From Folioceros fuciformis (taxonomy: Eukaryota), in assembly GCA_049999805.1 (NCBI GenBank), contig JBNGIO010005481.1:1-52543 (forward strand): 52,543 bases of DNA, read 5' to 3'. Each line of letters starts with the position of its first letter. The first letter of the stretch is position 1. Positions 13,738 through 25,749 of this stretch are shown piece after piece. The notes below the pieces were generated by a model, which did no database searches, was not told the DNA's origin, and saw only the letters and a list, made by a program, of their open reading frames with translations. Position numbers and translations under genes: made by a program.

Positions 13738-15253
13738 CGCTCCCCTGCGCGAGCCACCATCCAGGACGAGGCGAGCAAGGTCGCGATCCAGTCTCTTCTG
13801 GCTGCTGCGGTTGGAGCATCGCACGCCAGATTCAAACCAAACGAAGCGAGCGCCAAGGCAATTTGAATGTCAGTACAAATTTGATTCTTATACATCAAAA
13901 AAGCCCCTAGATCTAGCTAGGTTCCATGCCTCTCATGCAAAGCTCCTTACTTATAAGTTATTTAATATTTTATTAACTACAAAATTTGATGGGTTGAAAA
14001 CTTGTGTTGTAGGATGGACGTACAGTAGTGTCCAATGAATGATGAAATTCAGATTGCTTATTATGACACCACTTGGTAGAGATACCATAATCTGTGAAAG
14101 GATTAAGGTGGTGATTTGTGCCCACCAGGATGATCTGGGCGTGACGTTCGAGGAACTCATCATCGGAAACCGGAGCTTGAGCTGGAAGGCATTTCTTCCG
14201 ACCACAAACCTAACCGGAGGGCTGGTGACGGTGGAGGGTGGGGGGGAAATTGGAAGGTGAAGTTACGTAGTGAGGGATGAAGGACATATATTGTTGTTGC
14301 TTCCTGGTAAGCAACAACTGTTTCAAAGGCTCTAGGAAAGTGTGCGATGGAATACGAGTGTAGTCGAGTCCATATAGGCCGGGCGCTTGTTGCGGGCTCT
14401 CGGAATTCTCGAGTTACTACCGATGCTGTGGTGTTGGCGCCATGGTAGAGCCGGCTTCGCTTTCCAGGTGAGAGAAGAGGAAGCGAGAGCTTTGCGTGGC
14501 GCTTGTGACTGTGCACCGGCGTGTCCCTTCCTGTCACATCATGCAACCCCGCTGAGGAAAGCCTTCATGGTGGCACCGGCCATGCAGCTTCTCGGATTCC
14601 GTGCGGTTGTGCTTCTGTCTCCGCTGCCGCGATGAGGCGTTCGCCAAGTTGCATGCTGCAAGTCAGGTGGATGGCATGACGCCGGCTTGGGTGCCTTGTT
14701 TGATTGGAGGATTGCGTTTCTCCTTCTGCGGTGGAATTGATCTGACAGAGCAGGCGGAGGCGGTCCCCGGCTCGATCAATTTGGACTTGGCGTGGCCTGG
14801 TAAGCTGGACAGGACAAGTGTTGTGGGGACTTCTCTTCATTCGGAAGGAGCTTTTAATTCTCCTTTACGCACAACGTGGCGTTGTGTGGGGAGCCAGTCG
14901 GGAGTCGCAATGCACCGCGGTTTCCCAATGAAATGCTCCGTGCATGCGTATGCATTGGATGCGTGATGCAATCGCTGCGTATCTGTTTTTGCGTTTTACT
15001 CCCTTCCGCTGAGTGACTGTAAGTGAAGGGAGTGTTCCGGTCTGCTTTGTCAGGCGCGGAGGGGAATTTCGGGTGTATCCATCCTCGCAGCATCCGTTTT
15101 TGCGCATAATTGGCGGGTAGCGGTGTGATGATTGTTGGAATTGTAGATGTTTTGTTTTTGGCGTGAGGAGGACATGGCCCCTGGCTTGAGGCTTCTTTTG
15201 TGAGTTCCTCATGTACTGCTGTGTGTTGCAGTTTGTGCATAGGGTCTGAGGCC

Positions 15254-18200
15254 ATGTCGGAAGCGCTTTGTCCATTCGGTCTTTACGAGGAGGTAGAGGT
15301 GCTGTCGCATTTAGAAGGGTATCGAGGTGCGTGGTTCAGATGCAGGATTCACAACATCCAGAAAAAACGCAACAGGAGGGTGTCCTTGTACATTGAGTAC
15401 CTGGACTTCCCTGGACAAGGTGTGTCTATTGAGACGCCACGGGTTTACAGGTTCTTTGGTGCCTATTGTAATGTGGGATGTTCAGCTCCTGCTGCTTTTT
15501 GGGTCTGGTGGTGGGCATGCAGCCAGGGAATGGATGGATTTGTACCAAGCGATCCCCAGGCGAGTGCAAAAACAGAAGTACTTGATGTGTAGGCCTTTAC
15601 CTCCAAAAATTGTTCGAAAGCACGAGGTAGACAGACAATCTCGTCCCAGCCACTTAGGAATTGTGAGTGACGATCCTTGGAAAGTGGGCGAGGATGTAGA
15701 ATGGTTTCACAAATATACCTGGTGGAAGGCCAAAGTCGTTTCTGTGCGTGAGGATGGAATGGTGGAGGTGACCCCAATCCCTGCAGTTAGATGCTTGCCT
15801 CTGTGACACTTGGTTGAATCATGCTATTTCATTTTTTTTGTTTCTGGCTGATTGGGAAGATGTTGGACAGGTTCAACAATACTGGCCACCTCAGGGTGAG
15901 CGAAAGGTGGAAGATAAGTACTTTGTGGAACCCAAGGATTTGCGGCCTGCTTTGAGCTGGAGCGTGGCAAGCGGTTGGACTGTGGGGTACACGTGGTACG
16001 TGGAAGACTGCTTCAACGGTCGTCACAACCCGAATCAGGTCGGTGTTATCGGCATGTCTGGCCATTCTTTGTGCATTGTTAATGAGCCTTCAGGGCGTTT
16101 CAAATCTCTAATCAAAGTAGTTCGCTCTCTGGACTTTGGCAGGCTTGCCTATCGAATCCTCGTGTTGAAATTGTCTATTTGTCTGGAGATAAGTGTCGGA
16201 GCAATGCAGAACATCTCAAATGTAATGTGTGCGTCAGCTTGCCTCATCATCTCTTTTGTCGCTGGCCTTGCATGCACTCAGTCAGCTAGTAAACTCGTGG
16301 GTATTATTGAGGGATTTGGCAATATATGGAGTTCGGTAGCATTTGTGCAGTGGGGCTTCCCACTGTAGGCTTTGAGATTGAGGGTCATAATTGGTGCCTC
16401 TGGTAACTTGCAGGTGAACAAAAGAGTTCAGATTCTGAGACCCATAAGACAGACGTCAATAAGACTCAAGATGTGCCTGAAGCGAATGTCGCTGGAGGGG
16501 TCAGCCATGAGAAACCAGTAGGGCTAGCAACATGTTCTGCAAGTGTAAGAGCCCTGTTGAACAGATCAAGGTTACGCCCTTCCAAAGTTCGCAAAATCAC
16601 AAAGGCTGACGAGGTGCTTCAACGCTCAAAGAGATCAAATAGCTCATGGAGTAAGAGGAAGTATGACACGCATGGAGAACAGACGCGGGAGATAATGGCA
16701 ACAGGCACTGGTGAGATTGAGGTGTTGAGTGACATTCAAAGTGGAGTGGACCGCTCACATGGGAAGCGCCCCAAGGTATGTTCGTGACACCATGAACCAT
16801 TCACTCTGCGGATAGTACATTCTATGTGTGCAGGACTTGAGGCACTGTTGTTCCTTGCTGATCTATGCTGTCCACTTCTGGCCCTAATTGTTGTCAGATC
16901 TCAGTGCACAAATGCAGAGTCATTCGGGCAAATGAGTCCGTCAATCAGTGCTGATTTCTTGGAGCAGCACTTGTTAAAGACGCTATGGGGGCAGATGACC
17001 ACCATGCGAAGTATTCTTAAACAGAAGGTACCACCACTTGAGTCTTTGATCCATAGTCGGTTTACAGCTCCCTTGAAAAATTCGAAAACTTGGTCAAAAG
17101 AACATGGCACTGAACTAAGGGCTGAAAGCATTAAGGTTCAGAGTTGTCCAAAAGATGTTGACCGTGTCATTGATCTAGTATCAGAGAGTCTAGCAGATAA
17201 TGGTGAGAAAGATTCCGTTGCTCATGAGAAGCAAATCCAGTCTGTCGGAAACCTTGAAGTAGGTGTTGGCTTAAGTGCCACGTCATCTTGTATGGAATCA
17301 GAGTTGGTGTCTGAGGGAAAGACCTTTGGGAGTTCGCAGCAACTTCAGGATGTGCCCGATCCCGAGATGGTTGGTGTCCAAGAGTTACGTGTACAGTTAG
17401 ATGAGACTGAAATGGAGGCTAATATCGATGCCTCTGGGTCAGCGTCCCAAGCCTTTGCTGTCCCAGAAGCCTTTATAGGGGAATCTGTAAGGGCTGGTAG
17501 CAAGGAATCAAAACCCCCAACTGACACACTTGGTCCAAGTCTGGTAGATAGGAAGGAAGGTGTGGATCGGGTTGATAGAGGTGACCGCCCTGTAGGTCTG
17601 CTGGTTAGTGACAGTAACACTGGACCGGCGTCTGCAGCAGTAAGCCCAGCAGTATTCTATAGTGCTCAATTTATGAAGCGATTGGCTGCATATGAATCTG
17701 GAATTATGGTAGCGACGGGTATTTACAAGAATTACGTGAGCAGTCAGGAGCTCAGTCGTATGGAATCGGCACGGACTTTAGATGATGTAACTGAAAACAG
17801 GCAAAGCATGAAATTCCAAATTGAACAGGATGGGGCTGCGTGGCAGGTGATTGGTGTCGATCCTGCCAGGAACGATCACGAAATCATTCTTGCATATGTG
17901 AAATCTTTGGAGGAGGCTAGTTCTATTTGTAATGCAGTGCAAGGTTTGATAGATGATGGTCCACAGCCTCTTGATAACGTCAGACGAGAGGCCCCTGCAG
18001 CAATAAAAGCAGCGGAAGCATCACAACCCTGTGAACAGCCTGGAAGTGGTGTGATTCCAGCTGCTAGTATGCCCAATCGCCCTATTGGCATTGGTCCCGC
18101 ACCAGCCGCCCTGGAGCAGCTATCTGCAGAACATTACCCCACCAGAAAATCAACTGCTAAGGCTGGCATGCGGATTGATCCTAATTCAGACCAGAGGGAC

Positions 18201-20095
18201 GTGCTTGGAGTGACCAATATGTTAACCAGCCGACGCATGTCGAACAAAGTTAAAGGATGCCCAACATGTCCTATAATATGTCTGGATGAGCCAGGTGAGA
18301 CATCAGATCAGGTTTCTGGTCCCCACACTGCAGTGGCCAGGTTGAGCGTCTGTAAAGGAGGCTCGGCAGAAATTATATGCCTGGATGATCCCTGTGGGAC
18401 ATCCAATAGTGTTGATAGTCCCAGCACTCCACTTGCGGCAAAAGAAGGAAATCTGCCGCCTGCTAAGTTCTCTGAGTCCAGTAACAGCCGGAGGGTTGCT
18501 GGATTTGCTGACCACATTCCATCCACTGCCTTCGCACACGTATCAAAGGTGAATTCAGAGGTACGTTCTTACTTAAAGATCGTGGCATGTTTCTCAGTCG
18601 GAAGTTAGCAGTTTTTGGCCCTGCCTTCTATCATGGCTTGTTTTTGGTCAATATGGAGAATACTTTGCTGACACATTTCTGTCGTTGGACAAACCCTTTG
18701 TACAGAGTCTCAAGGAACATTTTGATGGTGGTGCAATCTCCCCATCTGAACACCCTGTTATGTCACGTGGGCTCAAGGACTCTAGAACTGATGCCGCTGT
18801 CTGCACAGGAGTGGAACAAAATACCAAGCCATCATCTGTTGCTGGAAGCTGCACGATCCCCCTGTCTGCTGTCAGCCGTCAGGATTCCGGGCAGGGACAG
18901 GGGGCAATGGGTCGAACTATGCACGAAAGCTTCAGTCAGTCGACTGCTGCTCGAAGTTCCCACTTGAACCAAACCACTCCCAGGAATGACGTCCATGCAG
19001 CAGCCCCTCTTGTCCGGCAAGGGCAGAGCTCGGTGTATGGCGCCTCAACTCAGGCAGGTAGCTCTCAGCAGGCAAGGCAAAATGTGCAGCAGTTTGTACA
19101 TGTACTACAGCATACGCATGTTTCAGCAGCAAATCATTTGCTACCGCAGCATTACAGCAGCCATCGTCCCCCCGAGGTGTCTCTGCGGCATCTTGCGGGA
19201 AATGCTGAGTATGGAATGCCAAGTATGCAACACTTCCAGAGCTTGTTGCAATGTAACAAGTTTGTGATGGATATGACGGACATGAAGCAAACACAGGGAG
19301 CGGTTGGGTTGCGGGCAGATATCTGTCGTGGCTGTCGGGTCAGTCTCCACTCACATGCCAATAATAATTTTGTTTCTCACAGGCCTAGGTACTGTGGGTA
19401 GCCACTTGTGACTGGTCTCCCATGTCTTTCCTTACAAAAGTAATGTGCGTGTGGATTATGTCAAGGAGTGCGTAACCTTTGGTGTGTCCGATCAGAAAGC
19501 TATAAACCGGAAGCAATCTCTGGGCACCAGGGTGGAGTGCATGGTCTGCAAAACGGGACTGCACACAGCTTGTGCCCTGGAACACGGTCTCTTGTCAATG
19601 ATGCGACCAAAAGTCTCGACCAACCAGCACGGTAACATTGTTAGTGAATTATGTGGTCTCTGTCTCAGGCATACATGCGTTGCAATGACATATTGTTTCT
19701 CTGTTAACCCGTGTCTGGATCTTGCAGGTGAACCGGCTGCAGGGGTATATTTCACTTGCAGCAACTGCCCATGCGGTCCCCAATTGGTTCTACCTTCCTT
19801 TTTGAAGTCGATCCGTGACGGGATTGACAGGATAATGAGTTTGAAACAAGCTCAAAAGACGCTTCCGGATATGCCACAGTTGTCAGAGTGCTTGAGAGAA
19901 TCCCTGGAAAATCTCAGAAGTGAGATTGTGTTACTTGAGCTCATATTGCGCAACGCACTCGAATCCTTTCTAAAGACTTTAAGAGACTTAATGACATATT
20001 GTAAACAAAATTTTACTAGTCTTGTGTTTACAACCGGGGAGGTTAGGAAAGCTTTGACGGAGTTCATTATCCGATCTGAAGGTGAGGACTCCTAA
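15254..20095 (+). CDS. Agenet/plant Tudor-domain protein with long central exon and C-terminal PHD-like zinc finger
   Basis: Tandem Agenet repeats (EEVEVLSHLEGYRGAWFRCRI...IEYLDF; WKVGEDVEWFHKYTWWKAKV...KDLRPALSWS..SGW); C-terminal CRGC...CMVCKTGLHTAC...CSNC. Linkage of all exons into one gene is inferred from GT-AG junctions. Confidence 0.7.
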
Positions 20096-22621
20096 CATGG
20101 TCTTCCTCTCATCTGCTAGGATTTCTGTGTCTTGGGTGTCCTGATTCCCATACCCTTGTATTACATTGCAGGTTGAAGACCCTTAGCCTCTACTATTCAG
20201 ATGGCATCAGTCGGAGCTGATGCTGCTACATGTGGCGTTTACCAGCTGGTTCAACGTTTCATTGTAGTAATAGGTTAGGAACCATCTGAACGTGGCATGC
20301 GCTTTACTGAAAATGATGCAGTGTTAAAGGACGACAGGAGGTTCCTTTCTTCAAGGAAATGCCTGGCGGAATGTAGGGTAGTTGTACCTCCCGATCTCTA
20401 AGTAACCCTGATTGATGCCCTAGGTTGATAGAAAGTTTGAAATTTGAGATTTCAACCTAGTTTTTCAACCGGTCGTTTTAAACTAATTCTTTANNNNNNN
20501 NNNNNNNNNNNNNNNNNNNNNNNNNNNNNNNNNNNNNNNNNNNNNNNNNNNNNNNNNNNNNNNNNNNNNNNNNNNNNNNNNNNNNNNNNNNNNCGTCACT
20601 ACCAGATTATCAATTATAATTTTGCATGCATTGAGTCATTTTTTTTCAATTGAGAGCAGGAGGGAAACGCGTTGGAAAAGGCACAACGCAGGCAAATGTA
20701 TGTTGCGGTCAATTGCTGCTCCTATTCCCTAATGTTTCCCATCGTGCCATTTGTTTGTTTCGTGCCTTTAGTAGGGATCCACCACCACCAATGGTATTAA
20801 GTGGTGGGTCTTAGCTTTGCTGACTTCGGATTCAAGCCTTTAGATCCAAGAAGCGAACTTGGAAAGGCCATGCCTAGTGAAATGGTGCCGGAATCGACTT
20901 GGAAAGGATAAGGCTATGAAAGTGGTGTAACATAGTGAATTCTACTTGTGTGTTCTCAATGCCTACAGTCAAGATATGTATCAAGGTTTTCTTTATGGTA
21001 TGGCTTGTAGTGGGCCGACAATTCTCATTTGGCAAGAGAGGAGACTACATGTAGTGCAAGTGGTTATTCATCCACCATAAGCAAAAGTCATAAGAGCCAC
21101 TTAGCATGCATCCACTTCTGAGGCAAGCCACATTGGCAAATGGGACTCATATTCACATTTTGTGGAATAGTTGATTGGGCTCTAGAGGGTGGTTTGGACA
21201 TCTTAATCTTTTAGCAAAGGGGTGTGTGAGTAAGTAGGAAGTTGATCGAGATTATGGTAAAGAGAGAAAGCCAGATTCTTATGTAACCGCTAGAAGAACA
21301 AAATGAAAATGAGTTAATCCTTCTGGGCCCGTTAAGCGCGGAGGAGAGGTGGGTCCAGGATACTGTACAGACCTGGTACGGACCGGCCCACTCCTGGGCC
21401 CGACCGAGACACACCAGGTCTAGATTTCTTACGACTACCCAATACCGTGCCAGATTATGAGATCATGAACATGGGCATGCACGTGCGAGTGAACGGGATC
21501 ACACCTGGCTACCTGATGTGTACGGCAAGTCGAGATGACGACACAAAAGTTAATATACAATTCCGGCTATGATTGTGAGGAACCGTCCATTGACGATGCC
21601 GAAGTTCGAACCTCTCGTTCATTTTTCATGGATGCCAACAGCCGAAATCGGACCACGGTCCCCGGTGGCCGTACTGAAAAGCCCTCGTCCTTACTCTTGT
21701 TCTCTCTTTCTTTTTCGTAGAACGTGATTTCCATCTCTTAACGGAGTTAACAGTACTGTACAACGTGTTTTGTAGCCTTGACTGGACAGGAAAGTCGCCC
21801 ACCGTGAATTTTCATAGAATTGTTTGTGTTATACCAGCGTCCTGGTCCCACCGAGCCATGTGGCGAGGTTTGTGCCCCATGTTCTTGATCCGAACTGGTC
21901 CTGAGTGCTCTTGACATTGCGGAGGTTCCCTTTAAGTATCTGCCCCCCCCGCATTGCTGCAAGGTTGGGAGACCGTGTCTCAGAAAACCTTTCTGGTTTC
22001 CAAGCATGTGCTGTAGGGAGGCCACCTGAAGGCCATGGCTCTACGGCCAAATATTTTTGGACTATGATTTTGTATTTTCAGTTGCCTTTGCGTGCTGTGC
22101 GGTGCTCTTCGTACATTTCTCTAGCGTCTTGAGAGACAGATGATATCGACATGGTAGCACGTCCAATTAGGTTCCTCGTGCCACATTTTTGGCAGCAACT
22201 AGGCAGGTGCAGTGGTCTGCGTTTGAGAGCTGAGAATCGGATGGTTGATGATGAAGGTCATAAAGCTCGTACGATGCTTTGGTGTATCAGGCTGTTGATT
22301 TGGTTTTCAACTTGGTAGTAGTGACGAAAAGCAAATCAGACCCGGGGAGATAAGCTTCAGCAAGTGTGCTGATTTCTCCATGGTACTTATCGTGTCATCG
22401 CAGAAGAGAGACGCTTCTCAGGGTCAGGTCAGGTGACTCAGGGCAGCTGATGTGTAAGCATGAGAGCTGTGTAGTGCAAGTCTGAGAGGAATTGGATTGG
22501 ATGGCGGACTTACTGGGGTAGCTTTGGTACTCGTTCCTTGTGGCAGGTCCAAGCAGTTGAATCTGACTGTCCTGCACTCTGCGAGTGAGCAGGATTCACT
22601 AGGTGCCTTGCATTGTCAATA

Positions 22622-23992
22622 ATGTCAGCGGTTCTCTTTTATCATGTTGTAGGTGATGTTACCCTTGGAAAGCCAAGCATGAAAGAACTTCCACACACAG
22701 CTTCATTGCATCAAGCCCTTACGATGTTGAAGTCGGACAACGAAACGGAAGTAGCTGTCTGGACGATGCCCAGGAGGTACACCATGGGACAGGGTGCGGG
22801 GAACAATCCGAAAGGGAGGATTGACAGGTTTCTGGGTATCATCTCCTTGATGGATATTATGATTTTCCTGGCTTCACCTGAATGGCTGCAAAACCGGGAA
22901 AAGGCTCTTCAGTGCCCGGTAGCTGACATCGTTCGTGTGAGTCATGGGCTCATCCAGTATGTAGATCCAGCAACGAGGTTCGATTTCTGTATTTTATGTT
23001 TGGTGCTCAGCTCCTGATGTCATAGGTTTGAAAACCTGATGATGTGGTGTATACAGACTGTATGACGCTCTCGAACTGTTCTTACAAGGAGCGGAGAGGT
23101 TGTTGGTGCCCTTGAATTCCAAAGACCAACGCCTATCAAGTCATTTCTCGGTCTTATACAATGGTCAATGGATAGTGCCACCTTCGGCCGCAGATACTGG
23201 CTCACTTCTGATGGAGGAACAGGAGTACTGCTGCCTTTGCCTGGCAGAGATGATTCGCTTCTTGACTGGTTGCTTGGGTGCTCTGGCGCCAATCCCCTTG
23301 ACGTCTGTGGACTCACTTGGCATTGTAAAAACAAATGTCCTTGTGCTCAATGCGGAAGCTCAGGTACTCGACTCGCTCACCTTAGCTTTTGATGGCCCTT
23401 CGTGGTGGCTGCCTGAAACTCACTTCACTTGTACTTGCAGGCATTGGCCTCCGCCGATATTTTTCAGAAAGCTAGGTCAGGAGGAAACCACGCTGCCATT
23501 GCAGTGGTGGAAGAAATTGTGCACAGGGACTCGCAGGACTGTGTTACCGGTACAAGTGATTACCGAATTGTTGGGGAGATATCCTCCCATAGCTTACCGG
23601 GTTGTGATACCTCGGTGGTCGCTGCATTTGCAACCTTGTCGGCGGCTGAGTTCACAATGGCTAACGGCACCCATGTCTCAGTAGATGAACCCGGTAAGAG
23701 AACATGTGCCGAACAAGGACGGCTTGAGAATAATCCTCTCTGCAATTCTCCTCTGCTTGGAGAGCTTTGCCTTGACAATCTTGGCCACTGGAGTCGACGG
23801 TCCTTGATGACTAAGCTTGTGTCTTGTCGACCACGGAGCTCCCTCTCTGCCGTACTTGCGCAACTGCTTTGTCGCGGGGCATCCCATGTATGGGTGACCG
23901 AGGAGGACGGACGGCTCATTGGTATAATTACTCCGTTCGAAATTGTAATAGCCTTGTGTGGGAAGCATGTCCTTCGTAAGTCCGAAGAATAG
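22622..23992 (+). CDS. CBSX6: CBS domain-containing protein CBSX5/CBSX6-like, 3 exons
   Basis: MSAVLFYHVVGDVTLGKP start; RFLGIISLMDI; YCCL..AEMIRFLTGCLGALAPIPLTSVDSLG; SSLSAVLAQLL.RGASHVWVTEEDGRLIGIIT. Confidence 0.85.
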
Positions 23993-24195
23993 GCTGTACG
24001 CAGAAAATGGAACAGCTCCACTGAACGATACAATTTTAAACGATACACAACATGCCGGGAAGAATGCTAATTCCCCCTTCAATCACTTCAGAAGCAGATC
24101 ACCACCAAATTCGTTGTAGACCACCAGGTCCAGATCTCTGTGCGATGAGGATAAGAGGAAGAACCCCATATCCCAACAGAAGAACGTCGTTCATT

Positions 24196-25380
24196 TCATG
24201 ACTTGCCACCGCCGATGCGTGAGACGCCCGAACCCATGCCACGCCCTGCACCAAACTCGTGACGCCTGTACTCATCGTGTCGTATACGCCCAGACAACTC
24301 ATGTGCCTGCTTGTAGTACGAAGAACGCGTTATTACATGTCAGAGGAGGTTAAGGGGGAAGGTACTTAAAGTGCAGTACGCCAGAATTCCTGATGCACAC
24401 GAACGGGACATGCAAAACCGACGTCCTCTTTGTCACGACTCACTACGCAAGGGCTGGAACACGCACCCAGATTTTCAATGGCTCGAATCTACTTTGCCAC
24501 GCTTCAACGCGAGGTCTCATCAACTCCTTGCCTTTGACCCTCACGTCTTCAAGCTGCAAAGTAGACAGAACAAAGGATCAGAGGCCCTCCCAACAAAGGC
24601 GAAGAGATTGGCTGCCCTCTCATTCCCTCACGGAGATATGTTCCTTACCGTTTTCATCTGCAAGTGTGAGGCTGTGATTCCCACTGTCAGAGTGCCACCA
24701 CCAAAGACCAGTGCCGTGGCCACAAAGAAAGCCTTGGAAACTGCCAGACCGAGTGCATGAGAAAACAACAACGAGACAAATCTGATCAGACGGCGTCGGC
24801 AACAAAACCAAGGCAATGCACCTACTCGAGAGATATCCCTCGACCACGTCCTTCAAATTACGCGCATCACTGACATCCGCTCTGGCTGCGTTGGCCGTTG
24901 AGGGCACAACTTTGACCGCCTGCGCCTCGATCTCCCATCTGTAGCGAACAGCATCACATCAAACACCTAAGCCACATCGTCTGTTACTCTAATCCCCACG
25001 CAAGCGGCAGGCACTCACTTCCTAGGCCCTAGCGCGGTCTGCGGCACAGCAACGTAAATCCCCTGGCCAGTAGCACCCAGCCTTGCAGGCTCCGAAGATG
25101 CCTGAGCCGCGGTCCTGGCAGCCACAGCGGCAAGGGAAGTGGACTGCGGCAAGGACTCCGAAGCCGCAACCTCAGCAGCAGTGACAACCACCGGAACCGA
25201 ATGGCGCAGAACTTCGGGAAGCACGTCTGCGAGTTCCCCTCCTCCGCCTCCGCTTTCTGCCTGCTTTGCAAGTCCCCCTCTTTTCTCCAAATTCTGCTTC
25301 AGTGCCACCAGCGCAGACTTGGACGTCTCTTTGAAGTAGGCGCCCTCCGAGGCTGCAAGTCGGCCTGCTAGAAAACTCAT
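24196..25380 (-). CDS. Conserved uncharacterised plant protein (At5g08060-like), 5 exons, one TM segment
   Basis: MSFLAGRLAASEGAYF..SK; ADVLPEVLRHS; PQTALGPRKWE; STAN; KAFFVATALVFGGGTL; DVRVKGKELMRPR; FEPLKIWA; stop TGA 24196-24198. Confidence 0.8.
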
Positions 25381-25749
25381 CTCCGCGCAACTCGATGCCT
25401 TCTCCCTTGGCTTCAGATTAGGGAAGGACGTCGCCAAGTCACATCATTTCTTCCTCCCCCACAAGATTGCCGTGTCTTCTGTCTCGGTGGCTCGCCTTGC
25501 CCTGAGCTGTGCACAACGCATTCATGGGTTCTTCGAGGAAGAGCTCATTTTCCTCGAAGCTACTCGTACGTATGTACATATGTGAGACTTGACTCCACGA
25601 AAGTACTATATACGTATGTGAGATGGGAGCAGGGTATATTACCGATTTAAATATCCACTTGAAAATTTGAGGAAAACATAGGTCTTCAGACGCGATAGAA
25701 CTGAAAGCCGACTGCCCTTGAGGCAGGAGCAGCAGCTGTTCGAGCGAAG

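Noticed and set aside
14039-15250. Several 70-136 aa ORFs between the STUbL2-like and Agenet genes
   Set aside because: No recognisable domains; most consistent with promoter, 5' UTR and UTR-intron sequence
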